A DNA stretch of 60,018 bases, filler included. It is 4 parts of 4 records of this genome, joined end to end, with 100 filler letters (N's around TTAATTAATTAA, not from the genome) between each part and the next. Parts side by side here need not be neighbours in the genome. Positions count along the whole stretch, not along the records: positions 1 to 31,950 come from SRR22947727_791; 3 more parts are not named here. One strand, written 5' to 3'. The position numbers were made by a program, and so were the translations under genes. Under the pieces are notes generated by a model. That model saw only the letters and a list, made by a program, of their open reading frames with translations. It made no database searches and had not been told where the DNA came from. Positions 11,653-21,476 of the stretch are shown piece by piece; the stretch's first letter is position 1; each line of letters opens with the position of its first letter.

Positions 11653-12348
11653 AATAGCGCCGAATACTGGACCTAAAACAGGTACCCAGGCATACGCCCA
11701 ATCATTTTTAGCCTTGTTTTTAATGGGAAGTAAGGCGTGTATTATTCTTGGCCCTAAATCTCTTGCAGGATTAATGGCATAACCTGTTGTTCCTCCTAAA
11801 GAAAGCCCTATGGACCAAACTAAAAAGGCCACAGGAATAGCCCCTAGAGATCCCATACCCACAACCTGAGAAGTATCTTCTACACGCACTTCTGTGAAAT
11901 ATAAAATAGTGAATACCAACACAAAAGTTCCAATGGCTTCACTAATAAAATTGGTGGGATAATTTCGTATCGCAGGGGAAGTACAGAATACCGCTTTTTT
12001 AAGGGAATTGTCCTGCGTAATATCAAAATGATTTTTATAAAATACCCACACTACTGAAGCGCCTATCATGGCCCCTAGGAATTGTGCTAATATATAAATA
12101 GGCGCATCTGACCAGGGAAAAGAATCGCTTGCCGCCAGCCCTATCGTTACCGCTGGGTTTAAATGTGCGCCACTATACGGAGCTGCTATCACTACCCCTA
12201 TGTATACGGCAAGTGCCCAACCGGTTGTTATGACAATCCAGCCACTATTATATCCCTGAGTGTCTTTTAACACCACATTGGCTACAACACCAGCTCCCAA
12301 AAGAATCATTATGGCTGTTCCTATTAATTCTGCAATAAATGGCGTCAT
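11617..12348 (-). CDS. glpF: Glycerol uptake facilitator (aquaglyceroporin)
   Basis: SGAHLNPAVT and INPARD motifs; co-oriented with glpK and glpD. Confidence 0.93.
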   Translation of the reverse strand: MTPFIAELIGTAIMILLGAGVVANVVLKDTQGYNSGWIVITTGWALAVYIGVVIAAPYSGAHLNPAVTIGLAASDSFPWSDAPIYILAQFLGAMIGASVVWVFYKNHFDITQDNSLKKAVFCTSPAIRNYPTNFISEAIGTFVLVFTILYFTEVRVEDTSQVVGMGSLGAIPVAFLVWSIGLSLGGTTGYAINPARDLGPRIIHALLPIKNKAKNDWAYAWVPVLGPVFGAILAAFLFTQLSA

Positions 12349-12358
12349 GTGCTTATTT

Positions 12359-13855
12359 TTAATTTATACTGGTCCAGTAGGTCAATGCTTTTATCGCTTT
12401 TTCCCAACCCTTAATATGCGTATTAATGGGGGGTCTGTCTGTTGAAGGTGAAAAAGTTTTATCTGTAGTCCAAATAGATTCAATTTCTTTAAAATCAGTC
12501 CAATAACCCACAGCTAATCCAGCTAAAAAAGCAGCACCCATCGCAGTAGTTTCAACAATTTGGGGCCGGACTGTTTTGGTGTTTAATACATCTGATTGGA
12601 ATTGCATGAGCAAATTATTGACTGTTGCACCTCCGTCTACCCTGAGTTCTTTTATGGATATTTTGGCATCGGCCTCCATGGCCTTAAGCATGTCCATAGT
12701 CTGAAAAGCAATAGACTCTAAAGAAGCTCTTGCTATATGGGCATTGGTACTCCCTCTCGTTAAACCAAAGAGCGTTCCCTTGGCATGTTGGTCCCAGTAC
12801 GGGGCACCCAAACCTGTAAAAGCAGGTACAAAATACACCCCATCTGTGTGATCTACAGTTGCTGCCAAGGCCTCTACTTCGCTAGATTGATCTATCATTT
12901 TTAGTCCATCTCTGAGCCACTGTACCACAGCACCTGCAATAAAAACACTGCCCTCCAATGCGTAGGTTGTTTTCCCTTTGATCTTCCATGCCACAGTGGT
13001 CAGTAAATTGTTTTGGGATACTATGGGCGTGTCTCCAATATTCATGAGCATAAAACAACCTGTCCCATAGGTGTTTTTAACCATTCCTGGCTGGGTACAC
13101 ATCTGCCCAAATAAAGCCGCTTGTTGGTCTCCCGCAATACCTGCAATTGGAATTTTGTGGTCACTGCCCCCAAGGGAAGTGTGACCATATATTTCACTAG
13201 ACTCCTTAACTTCTGGCAGCATTTGAGCAGGAATGTCAAAAAGAGCTAATAATTCAGCATCCCAAGTCATGGTGTTGATGTTAAATAATAAGGTTCTAGA
13301 AGCATTGGTCACATCTGTGATATGCTGAGCTCCTTTGGTAAAGTTCCAAACCAACCAAGCGTCTATGGTGCCCATGAGAAGGTCTCCTTTTACGGCTTTC
13401 TCTCTTGCACCAGGAACATGATCTAAAATCCATTTCACCTTAGTTCCAGAAAAATAGGCATCTATCACTAGACCTGTTTTTTGTCTTATCTCTGCAGACT
13501 TACCCTCATTTTTTAATTGGTCACAATAGTCCGCAGTACGTTTGTCCTGCCAAACTATAGCATTGTAAACGGGGCTACCGGTTTGCTTGTCCCAAACCAC
13601 TACCGTTTCTCTTTGGTTGGTAATACCTATGGCAGCGATGTCTTTTCCTGAGAGTCCTTTTTGAGCAAGGGCTTTTTCTATTACGGCGGTTTGGGTATTT
13701 AATATTTCATTTGGATCGTGCTCTACCCATCCTGGTTTCGGAAAAAATTGGGTAAACTCCTCCTGAGCCATACACACAATAGCACCTTGCTTATTAAACA
13801 CAATAGCCCTTGAAGAGGTTGTTCCTTGATCTAATGATAATATGTACTGATCCAT
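12359..13855 (-). CDS. glpK: Glycerol kinase
   Basis: [28 protein letters not shown] and RVDGG motifs. Confidence 0.97.
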   Translation of the reverse strand: MDQYILSLDQGTTSSRAIVFNKQGAIVCMAQEEFTQFFPKPGWVEHDPNEILNTQTAVIEKALAQKGLSGKDIAAIGITNQRETVVVWDKQTGSPVYNAIVWQDKRTADYCDQLKNEGKSAEIRQKTGLVIDAYFSGTKVKWILDHVPGAREKAVKGDLLMGTIDAWLVWNFTKGAQHITDVTNASRTLLFNINTMTWDAELLALFDIPAQMLPEVKESSEIYGHTSLGGSDHKIPIAGIAGDQQAALFGQMCTQPGMVKNTYGTGCFMLMNIGDTPIVSQNNLLTTVAWKIKGKTTYALEGSVFIAGAVVQWLRDGLKMIDQSSEVEALAATVDHTDGVYFVPAFTGLGAPYWDQHAKGTLFGLTRGSTNAHIARASLESIAFQTMDMLKAMEADAKISIKELRVDGGATVNNLLMQFQSDVLNTKTVRPQIVETTAMGAAFLAGLAVGYWTDFKEIESIWTTDKTFSPSTDRPPINTHIKGWEKAIKALTYWTSIN

Positions 13856-13862
13856 GCGGTGG

Positions 13863-15428
13863 TTATTTTAATAAGTATTGTTGCGCCAACACTTTAAACG
13901 AAGCTACTTGAGCAGCTTCCCAATCTGTGTCTTTTTTTAATTCTCTCCCTATAATCTGGGCCACTTCTTCTGCTATATCTATGGCAGCACTAGCATCTAA
14001 AAAAAGTACCCTCACCCTACGAGCCAAAACATCTTCTAAAGTTCTAGCCATTTCGTTTCTAACGGCAAATACCACCTCTGCTTTGGTGTAAGGCAAACGG
14101 GCGTGCAGTTGATCAGATAAGCTTGGATCTGCTTGAATTAAAGCAGCTATTTCACTTTGGTCTGATCCATAAATATACAAATGATCTTGGACATTTGCCT
14201 GTTCTTGGGCCCCGTGAATCTTTAGGTGGACTGTTTGGCAAGTTTGTGGCTTTAACTTATTGAGACGGATTAGTCTGTCTACAGTGTCTTGTGCCATTTT
14301 CCTGTAAGTAGTCCATTTACCCCCTGTAATGGTAACTAATTCAGAAGGAGAAACAATTATTTTGTGGCTTCTAGATATTTCTTTGGTCTTCTCATTGCCA
14401 TCTTTTGGCGCAGCTAATGGCCTTAAGCCCGCAAAGATACTTCGCACGTCTGAGCGCTGTACCTTTTTGTTTAAATACCGGTTGGCAGTTTGGAGGATAA
14501 AATTTATTTCCTCCTCTAAAGGCTTGGGTTCTAAACTGTGGCTGTCTATTAGGGTATCCGTGGTCCCCATGACTACCTTGTTGTGCCAGGGCACTAAGAA
14601 AAGCACGCGACCGTCGTCTGTTTTAGGAATCATAATGGCGTCATTTCCAGGTAAAAATTCTCGGTCAAAAACCAAATGAATTCCCTGGCTAGGACGAATG
14701 GTATTTAGTGCTTGGGCTTGATCCATTTTAAGGACTTCATCTGTAAAAACACCTGTGGCATTCACCACCACTTTAGCCTTTAAATTATATACTTTTTGGG
14801 TCTCTTGATCTATTGCAACCAAACCATTGACCAAACCTTTAGAAGACTTTTTAAGGCTTTGGACCTTAAAATGATTCAAAAGTGTGGCACCATTTTCAAT
14901 ACAAGTTTGGGCTAAATTAACAGCCAATCTAGCGTCGTCGAATTGCCCGTCATGATACACTACACCTCCCTTTAAATTTTCCTTATTCAGGGTAGAGAGT
15001 CTATGAAGGGTCTCTTTCACCCTTATAAATTTAGACGCACCAAAGCTCAATTTTCCCGAAAGCAAATCGTAAACCTTCATACCAAAACCATAAAAGAAAT
15101 TATCCCAGTTTCTATAGTTTGGGATAATAAAGCTTTGGTTTTGCACTAAGTGCGATGCGTTTTTAAGCATTAATCCACGCTCGTACAATGCCTCTCTAAC
15201 CAGATCAATATTTCCCTGTGCCAAATAACGAACACCGCCATGCACCAATTTAGTGCTCCTGCTAGAAGTCCCTTTAGCATAATCTACCTGCTCCAACAAT
15301 AAGGTGTTATAACCTCTTGAAGCGGCATCCAAAGCAACACCCAAACCAGTAGCACCACCACCAATAACAATAATATCCCACAGCTCCTGACTTTCAAGGG
15401 ATTGTATTTGATTTTCTCTAGTAAACAT
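13863..15428 (-). CDS. glpD: FAD-dependent glycerol-3-phosphate dehydrogenase (alternative start at 15440)
   Basis: [23 protein letters not shown] and GGKWTTYR motifs. Confidence 0.93.
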   Translation of the reverse strand: MFTRENQIQSLESQELWDIIVIGGGATGLGVALDAASRGYNTLLLEQVDYAKGTSSRSTKLVHGGVRYLAQGNIDLVREALYERGLMLKNASHLVQNQSFIIPNYRNWDNFFYGFGMKVYDLLSGKLSFGASKFIRVKETLHRLSTLNKENLKGGVVYHDGQFDDARLAVNLAQTCIENGATLLNHFKVQSLKKSSKGLVNGLVAIDQETQKVYNLKAKVVVNATGVFTDEVLKMDQAQALNTIRPSQGIHLVFDREFLPGNDAIMIPKTDDGRVLFLVPWHNKVVMGTTDTLIDSHSLEPKPLEEEINFILQTANRYLNKKVQRSDVRSIFAGLRPLAAPKDGNEKTKEISRSHKIIVSPSELVTITGGKWTTYRKMAQDTVDRLIRLNKLKPQTCQTVHLKIHGAQEQANVQDHLYIYGSDQSEIAALIQADPSLSDQLHARLPYTKAEVVFAVRNEMARTLEDVLARRVRVLFLDASAAIDIAEEVAQIIGRELKKDTDWEAAQVASFKVLAQQYLLK

Positions 15429-15453
15429 AGGGCAAAACATTTTTTCTTTTGCC

Positions 15454-15573
15454 CAAATGTAACAAATAAAAAGTAAAACGAAACAAAACGAAAGTTAATT
15501 GTCCATGAATTATGCCAATTTGTACTTTTTGAAGCATTTTTTTTATTTCGTTTTATTTCATTTCTTATATTTA
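15454..15573. promoter_or_regulatory. Divergent glpD/glpR promoter region with tandem repeat operator candidates
   Basis: Minus-strand TACATTTG (-7 box) at 15454-15461 and plus-strand TATATTTA at 15566-15573. AAAACGAAA occurs twice (15475, 15485), with inverse-oriented TTTCGTTTT/TTTCATTTC at 15546 and 15556. Confidence 0.6.
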
Positions 15574-15582
15574 CCCCATATT

Positions 15583-16341
15583 ATGGAAAGACATAGCGCT
15601 ATTTTAAAAAAATTATCTACTGAAAAGTACGTAGAGGTATTAGATCTCTGTGAGTCCCTGGGCGTCTCAGCAGTCACCATTAGAAAAGACCTTAAATTAT
15701 TAGAGCAAAAAGGCCTACTTTTTAGAACCCACGGAGGAGCTTCTTTAGAAAATCCCTATATCAATGAAAGGACCGTTTTAGATAAGGAAAAGATATTTGT
15801 AGCAGAAAAAAATGGCATAGCGCAAATGGCTGCTTCGCTAATTTCGGAAAATGACGCTATCATGATTGCTTCAGGAACAACGGTCCAGGCACTCTCAAAA
15901 TATATTGAACCCAAGAACAAACTCACGGTTATTACGCCTTCTTTAGCGGTTGTAATGCATTTAATTAAACATGAGAATATTGAAATTTTACAATTGGGTG
16001 GGTACCTGAGGCACAGCGCCGCATCTGTGATTGGAAATTACGCCGAGTATATGCTGGAACACATCTCTTGTAGTAAATTGTTTTTGGGAGCAGACGGAAT
16101 AGACATGAATTACGGAATATCTACCACAAATTTAGAAGAAGCGGCACTCAATAAAAAAATGATTGACGCTGCTCAAAAAGTCATTGTATTGGCAGATGCC
16201 TCGAAATTTGGCAAAAAAAGTTTTGCCAAAATATGCGGGCTGTCCGAGATTGACGAAATCATTACAGATAAAGAGATTTCCAAAACATTCAGAAAGAAAC
16301 TTCTGGAGAACGAAGTGAAAGTTACGGTGGTGGGTCGCTGA
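15583..16341 (+). CDS. DeoR/GlpR family transcriptional regulator (likely start ATG 15583)
   Basis: VSAVTIRKDL HTH and RTHGGA motifs, DeoR C-terminal sensor domain; divergent from glpDKF. Confidence 0.92.
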   Translation: MERHSAILKKLSTEKYVEVLDLCESLGVSAVTIRKDLKLLEQKGLLFRTHGGASLENPYINERTVLDKEKIFVAEKNGIAQMAASLISENDAIMIASGTTVQALSKYIEPKNKLTVITPSLAVVMHLIKHENIEILQLGGYLRHSAASVIGNYAEYMLEHISCSKLFLGADGIDMNYGISTTNLEEAALNKKMIDAAQKVIVLADASKFGKKSFAKICGLSEIDEIITDKEISKTFRKKLLENEVKVTVVGR

Positions 16342-16356
16342 TAATGAAACATTAAC

Positions 16357-16388
16357 AAAAAAAGCCCGATCAAATGATCGGGCTTTTT
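16357..16388. terminator. Bidirectional intrinsic terminator between the DeoR gene and tRNA-Leu
   Basis: AAAAAAA-GCCCGATCA-AA-TGATCGGGC-TTTTT. Confidence 0.88.
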
Positions 16389-16394
16389 ACTTTG

Positions 16395-16476
16395 TACAGG
16401 CGGAGAGACTCGAACTCTCACACCTCGCGGCACTAGATCCTAAGTCTAGCATGTCTACCAATTCCATCACGCCTGC
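16395..16476 (-). tRNA. tRNA-Leu (anticodon UAG)
   Basis: Minus strand GCAGGCG...TGGAATTGGTAGAC...CTAGA-CTTAGGA-TCTAG, long variable arm, GTTCGAGTC, ...CGCCTGT-A. TATATTTG promoter box at 16487-16494. Confidence 0.96.
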
Positions 16477-16569
16477 AAAAGGAGTGCAAATATAATGCAA
16501 AATTTGAATATTAAAAGCGCTATAGTTTAAAAAGTAGTTTTTGTAGCTTTACACACTTAAAAAAGAACC

Positions 16570-17964
16570 ATGCTAGACCCAAAACCATATATTCAAGAGC
16601 ACAAAGAACGCCTATTAAATGAACTCTTTGAACTCCTTAAAATTGCCTCTATCAGTGCTGATCCAGCTTATGACAGTGAAGTTTTAAAGGGGGCAAAATC
16701 AGTACACAATTATTTAAAAGCTGCTGGAATAGACCATACCAAAATTTATGAAACGGAGGGCCACCCAATTGTGTATGGCCAAAAAATCATTGGCCCTAAT
16801 GTACCGACTGTATTGGTGTATGGTCATTACGATGTTCAGCCGCCAGACCCGCTTGATTTGTGGGATTCTAAACCATTTGAGCCTGTGATTAAAAAAACGG
16901 CACTTCATCCTGAGGGAGCCATTTTTGCAAGAGGAGCTTGTGATGACAAAGGGCAAATGTTTATGCATATTAAAGCCATAGAGTATTTAATCACTACAAA
17001 TCAGTTGCCTTGTAATGTAAAATTCATGATCGAAGGAGAAGAAGAAGTGGGCAGTAATAACTTGGTGCATTTTGTCAAGAACAACAGCGCATTACTAAAA
17101 AACGATGTAATTTTAATTTCAGATACTGGAATGATAGCCAACGACACACCATCTATCACTACAGGACTTAGAGGATTGAGTTATGTAGAAGTTTGTGTCA
17201 CTGGACCAAATAGAGATTTACATTCTGGTCTGTACGGAGGTGCAGTGGCTAATCCTATTAACGTATTGACTAAAATGATTGCCAGCATGCACGACCAAGA
17301 CAATCATATTACCATCCCTGGTTTTTATGACAAAGTGGAAGAATTGAGCACCAAAGAGCGCAGTGAAATGGCTAAGGCCCCTTTTGACATAGACGCTTAC
17401 CAAAAAGCACTGAATATTGAAACGGTCTATGGGGAAAAAGGCTACACTACCAATGAAAGGAATTCAATAAGACCTACCCTAGATGTCAATGGCATATGGG
17501 GTGGCTACACTGGTGAAGGCGCTAAAACAGTTATTCCTTCTAAAGCATTTGCGAAAATCTCCATGAGATTAGTGCCCCATCAAGAATGGGAAGAGATTAC
17601 TGAGCTATTCAAAAAGTATTTTGAATCCATAGCCCCTAAGGGCGTTAGTGTGACTGTAACCCCGCATCATGGCGGACAGGGCTATGTGACGCCCATAGAC
17701 CATATAGGTTATAAATCTGCCGCGGAGGCTTACGAAACAACTTTTGGAAAAATGCCTATTCCACAAAGAAGTGGTGGTAGTATTCCAATCGTTTCTTTAT
17801 TTGAAGAAGTTTTGGGGTCTAAATCTGTGCTTATGGGGTTTGGTTTGGACTCAGATGCCATACACTCTCCCAATGAACATTTTGGGGTATGGAACTATTT
17901 AAAAGGCATTGAAACCATCCCTTATTTCTACAGCAATTTCACAGCACATTATTTAAAGCAATAA
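16570..17964 (+). CDS. M20 family dipeptidase
   Basis: YGHYDVQP, ARGACDDKGQ, EGEEEVGS and HSPNE motifs. Confidence 0.92.
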   Translation: MLDPKPYIQEHKERLLNELFELLKIASISADPAYDSEVLKGAKSVHNYLKAAGIDHTKIYETEGHPIVYGQKIIGPNVPTVLVYGHYDVQPPDPLDLWDSKPFEPVIKKTALHPEGAIFARGACDDKGQMFMHIKAIEYLITTNQLPCNVKFMIEGEEEVGSNNLVHFVKNNSALLKNDVILISDTGMIANDTPSITTGLRGLSYVEVCVTGPNRDLHSGLYGGAVANPINVLTKMIASMHDQDNHITIPGFYDKVEELSTKERSEMAKAPFDIDAYQKALNIETVYGEKGYTTNERNSIRPTLDVNGIWGGYTGEGAKTVIPSKAFAKISMRLVPHQEWEEITELFKKYFESIAPKGVSVTVTPHHGGQGYVTPIDHIGYKSAAEAYETTFGKMPIPQRSGGSIPIVSLFEEVLGSKSVLMGFGLDSDAIHSPNEHFGVWNYLKGIETIPYFYSNFTAHYLKQ

Positions 17965-18053
17965 TTCTTTGGGGAAAAAGGCTAAGCAAGACAAAACAGT
18001 CATTTAGTGATACTAAAACTTCGCTGCTTTGAGATAAAATGTGCTGGAAATAA

Positions 18054-18206
18054 CTAATTTTGTTGTACTTCCTGAATAGAAGTCTCTAGAATACTCAAGG
18101 TCATACTGCCTTCTTCAACATCTATTGAACAGAGTTTATACACTTTCATGTGCTTGTCTTTTGTGAGTATTCCGTGAAATTTTTTTGAAGCTATTTTCTG
18201 TTCCAT
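18054..18206 (-). CDS. Candidate 50-aa small protein (below the ORF-track cutoff)
   Basis: ATG..TAG reading MEQKIASKKFHGILTKDKHMKVYKLCSIDVEEGSMTLSILETSIQEVQQN, with TATATTTA -7-like box at 18225-18232. Confidence 0.5.
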   Translation of the reverse strand: MEQKIASKKFHGILTKDKHMKVYKLCSIDVEEGSMTLSILETSIQEVQQN

Positions 18207-18392
18207 AATGTTCTAATTACTTTATAAATATAATTAGAACAAGAGGCTGAAAACTTTGAGATTAGGACGCAGCAACGTTTTAGTTTGGTGAACTCACACC
18301 AATATATGGTTGAAAGGCGTTAGAAACCACTCGTCTAAAAAAAGCATCGATTATCTGCACATTAATTGAATACTAATTTGCAACTACATCAT

Positions 18393-19103
18393 TTACAATA
18401 GATTAAGCCTTCTTATTAACTCCGGTCTGTTGGAACGACTAATGGGAATTACATTTTTTTCAATCAGAACTGAGTTGTCTTCTATATCAATAATCTTAGT
18501 GAAATTAATGATGTATGACCTGTGGGTCTGTAGAAAGATATTATCTGGAAGTTTGTCTTTTATTTTTTTTAAAGTAGAGTGAACCACATACATTTCTTTG
18601 TGGGTCTTTACATCTATATAATCCCCTTTGGCTTTGATAAAAAGGATGTCGTCGAATTTCAATTTAGTTAAACGACGGTCTATGTTTATGTAAAGGTCAT
18701 TTCCAATAGGATCGCTTAAGGGTCCGTCTTGGTGCATAACAGAAGTTCTACGAAGGTTATTCTTCACTTTATTCATAGACTTATTGAAGCGCTCTTGGGT
18801 AATTGGTTTTACCAGATAGTCAGATATGGATTCGTATTCATAAGCCTCTATAGCCAGATCTTTGTCTGCGGTGATGAGCACAATTTGCGCTGGAGTTTTT
18901 AGGGTTTGAACAAAATCAAAACCGCTAAATCCAGGCATATGGATGTCTAAAAAAATGACATCTACGTTTTGCTGATTAAGAAATTTAATGGCCTCAATAG
19001 CACTTGAGAACTCTTCAATAATGTCTAGGTCAGGGATTCCTTCACACAATTGTCGTACTACAAGCCTTGCAGAATCTTGATCGTCTACAATAATACAGTT
19101 CAT
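18393..19103 (-). CDS. LytTR family response regulator
   Basis: REC domain (VDD, FLDIHMP, DYLVKP) plus LytTR domain (DILFIKAKGDY, FLQTHRSYIIN, IPISRS). Confidence 0.95.
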   Translation of the reverse strand: MNCIIVDDQDSARLVVRQLCEGIPDLDIIEEFSSAIEAIKFLNQQNVDVIFLDIHMPGFSGFDFVQTLKTPAQIVLITADKDLAIEAYEYESISDYLVKPITQERFNKSMNKVKNNLRRTSVMHQDGPLSDPIGNDLYINIDRRLTKLKFDDILFIKAKGDYIDVKTHKEMYVVHSTLKKIKDKLPDNIFLQTHRSYIINFTKIIDIEDNSVLIEKNVIPISRSNRPELIRRLNLL

Positions 19104-19116
19104 TCTCCGTCTGTTT

Positions 19117-19464
19117 TTAACATTGATTAATTGCTTCCATAAATCTATCTTTTTGAAGTGGTTTTACCAAATAATCCACCACTAAATCAAAATTATAGGC
19201 AGTTAAAGCCAAGTTTTTGTCTGCGGTTACCAAAACCACCTTAGGGGTGGATGTCAAATTTTCTAAAAAGGAAAAACCACTCATATCTGGCAAATGTATG
19301 TCCAAGAAAACAATGTCTACTTTTCCGTTTTTATTGACATACGCCAAGGCCTCTTCTGCTTTGTCAAAAGTGGCTAAAATATTTAAAGCACCATATTTAA
19401 CAGCCAAATGTTTGGCCACCTCTAGGGCAGTTTGCTCGTCTTCTACAATTACACAATTTTTCAT
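19117..19464 (-). CDS. Stand-alone receiver domain, paralogous to the LytTR regulator's REC domain
   Basis: VED, FLDIHLP, TAD and DYLVKP motifs; no output domain. Confidence 0.9.
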   Translation of the reverse strand: MKNCVIVEDEQTALEVAKHLAVKYGALNILATFDKAEEALAYVNKNGKVDIVFLDIHLPDMSGFSFLENLTSTPKVVLVTADKNLALTAYNFDLVVDYLVKPLQKDRFMEAINQC

Positions 19465-19785
19465 TTAAAAAGAATTTATAAAAGCATTCATTAAAGCCAA
19501 CACTTCTTCAAAACGCGCTGCTTTTGAAGTACTGTTTTGCTTTAAATTTTCTTCGTACTCTTGGGCTATTAAATAGCCAGACTCCATGCCCAGCATGCTT
19601 ATTTTGTTTTTCAACTTATGCACCACTTCTGCTATTTGAAATAAGTTATTGGAGGACACAGCTGAATGGTATTGCTGAAGCTCTAAAGGGAATTCTTTTT
19701 TTATAACCACAACTAGTTTGGCCTTAAAATCTAAATCTCCGTCTGCCAGTTGGTCAATATAATTAAAGTTAGGCTTTTCGTTCAT
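19465..19785 (-). CDS. Stand-alone histidine phosphotransfer (Hpt) protein
   Basis: 106 aa, helical character, VHKLKNKISMLG matches the Hpt HxLKxxxxxLG motif. Confidence 0.85.
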   Translation of the reverse strand: MNEKPNFNYIDQLADGDLDFKAKLVVVIKKEFPLELQQYHSAVSSNNLFQIAEVVHKLKNKISMLGMESGYLIAQEYEENLKQNSTSKAARFEEVLALMNAFINSF

Positions 19786-19814
19786 AATCCTTTGGTTTTA
19801 AATGAAAAAATAAC

Positions 19815-21476
19815 TTATGAAATGTCTTTTTTAATGGTAAAGTAAAAAGTAGCTCCTGCCCCATATTCGCTTTTTACCCATATAGTTCCTCCGTGAAGTT
19901 GTACAATTTTTTTCACAATAGAAAGTCCTATACCACTACTCCCTTTTCCGCTTTCTAAAGTTTCAAATATCTCAAATATTTTTTCTTGATACGCTTTAGG
20001 AATACCAATACCATTGTCTTTTACTGAAAATTCATGTAAGTCTCCCAAATCATTATAGCCAATTTCTATTTGACCTTTAGGCTTGTCCATATGTGAAATT
20101 GCATTGCTCAATAAATTTTGAAACAACTGCTGCAACTGTGTTTTGTCTGCCTTTATTGAAGGCATAGTGCCGTTAAAGCGCAACGCTATTTGTTCTGGCC
20201 AATATATGGTAGCCTTTAACTGCTGAATCAATTCTAAAGTTGGGCATATTTCAAAGCGCGCCTTTTCCGAACCAATACTAGAATACCTTAAGATTCCTGT
20301 GATTAATTGGTCCATTGAGGCAATTTTATCTTGCATTAGGTTAAGCTGAGACAAACCAGCTGGACCCAACTTATCACCAAAATCTTCCTCCAACCAAGAG
20401 GCTAAAGCACTTATACTCCTTAGTGGTGATTTTAAATCATGAGACACTATATGGGCGTATTCTTGTAAACCTTCATTGCTAGACTCTAAATCCTTGAGCA
20501 ATTGCTCTTTTTGTTCAGATAATTCATATTGTTCTGTAATATCTAGGTGAATGCCTATAGACCCTATTACTTGTCCCTTTTCATTATACCTTGGTGCTCC
20601 GCTAATTAACCAGTGTTTTTTTTGCCCTCCCTTGACTTGAACGTTAACTTCGTAAGTATCGGAAATACCTTTTAAGCGATTTTTCTGGTGCACAAGAATA
20701 ATTTTTGGGTCAGAAACATGCAATAATTGTCCTAACTTATTACCGTAAAGCTCCTTCTCTGTATAACCGCTTAAAGTGCAGAAACTTTTATTGACCAATT
20801 GAACCAGATCTTCATTGTCTACTTCTACTAAGCCAAGATTCATATTCGCAATGATACTACTGTATTTTTCTTTTTGTGCTTGAAGGTCAGAAATAACAGC
20901 TTCTAAACGCTTTTGAGAATCTTTTAATGCTTCTTTTTGCTCTTCTAAAATAGCAGAAACCTCTTCTTCATTGGTCACATCTCTAAGCACACCTTGAGCC
21001 GCAATAGGCATTCCAGAAGCGTCATAGATTAAATTGGCATTCACTTGAACAAACCTACTCCCACCTGATTTTATATTTATTTTGGTCTTGAAATTTTTTA
21101 AAATCCCTACCTCTTGCAGTAGTCCAAAAGATTGAAGGGTGGCCATTAAATATTCGTGGTGGACCAATTGGGCGGCATAAAAATCTTCCTTCTCAGTGTC
21201 GAATCCTAAAAACAGCTTGGCAGCCTGGTTCATTTTAATCACTTGCCCCTTCAAATTTATCACAAGGTATGGGTCTGGGATATTAAAAAAAACTCCCTCA
21301 AGCTCTGATGTTTTTTCCTGCAAAAGACCTTTTAACCTGTTGTTGTCTTCTCTTAAATAATGAAGGGTGTCATATAATTCCTTAGACTTGGACTCTAATA
21401 TTTTTTCTGCCTCTTTTCTGGCTTTTACCTGCCTGTCCAAAGCCCTTTGCAATAATTCAATCTCTTGCTTAGACAT
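19815..21476 (-). CDS. Cytoplasmic PAS-PAS sensor histidine kinase (likely start ATG 21476, overlapping the H-NOX stop)
   Basis: N-terminal coiled coil, two PAS/PAC domains (RDVT, LDIT), HisKA SHDLKSPL, N box NLLSNA, DNGIGI and GSSGIGLS; no transmembrane segment. Confidence 0.93.
   Translation of the reverse strand: MSKQEIELLQRALDRQVKARKEAEKILESKSKELYDTLHYLREDNNRLKGLLQEKTSELEGVFFNIPDPYLVINLKGQVIKMNQAAKLFLGFDTEKEDFYAAQLVHHEYLMATLQSFGLLQEVGILKNFKTKINIKSGGSRFVQVNANLIYDASGMPIAAQGVLRDVTNEEEVSAILEEQKEALKDSQKRLEAVISDLQAQKEKYSSIIANMNLGLVEVDNEDLVQLVNKSFCTLSGYTEKELYGNKLGQLLHVSDPKIILVHQKNRLKGISDTYEVNVQVKGGQKKHWLISGAPRYNEKGQVIGSIGIHLDITEQYELSEQKEQLLKDLESSNEGLQEYAHIVSHDLKSPLRSISALASWLEEDFGDKLGPAGLSQLNLMQDKIASMDQLITGILRYSSIGSEKARFEICPTLELIQQLKATIYWPEQIALRFNGTMPSIKADKTQLQQLFQNLLSNAISHMDKPKGQIEIGYNDLGDLHEFSVKDNGIGIPKAYQEKIFEIFETLESGKGSSGIGLSIVKKIVQLHGGTIWVKSEYGAGATFYFTIKKDIS

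Noticed and set aside
15499-15582. N-terminal extension of the DeoR ORF
   Set aside because: Overlaps the promoter and operator elements; the DeoR HTH begins right after ATG 15583
16173-16433. 86-aa minus-strand ORF
   Set aside because: Reads through the tRNA, the terminator and the DeoR antisense strand
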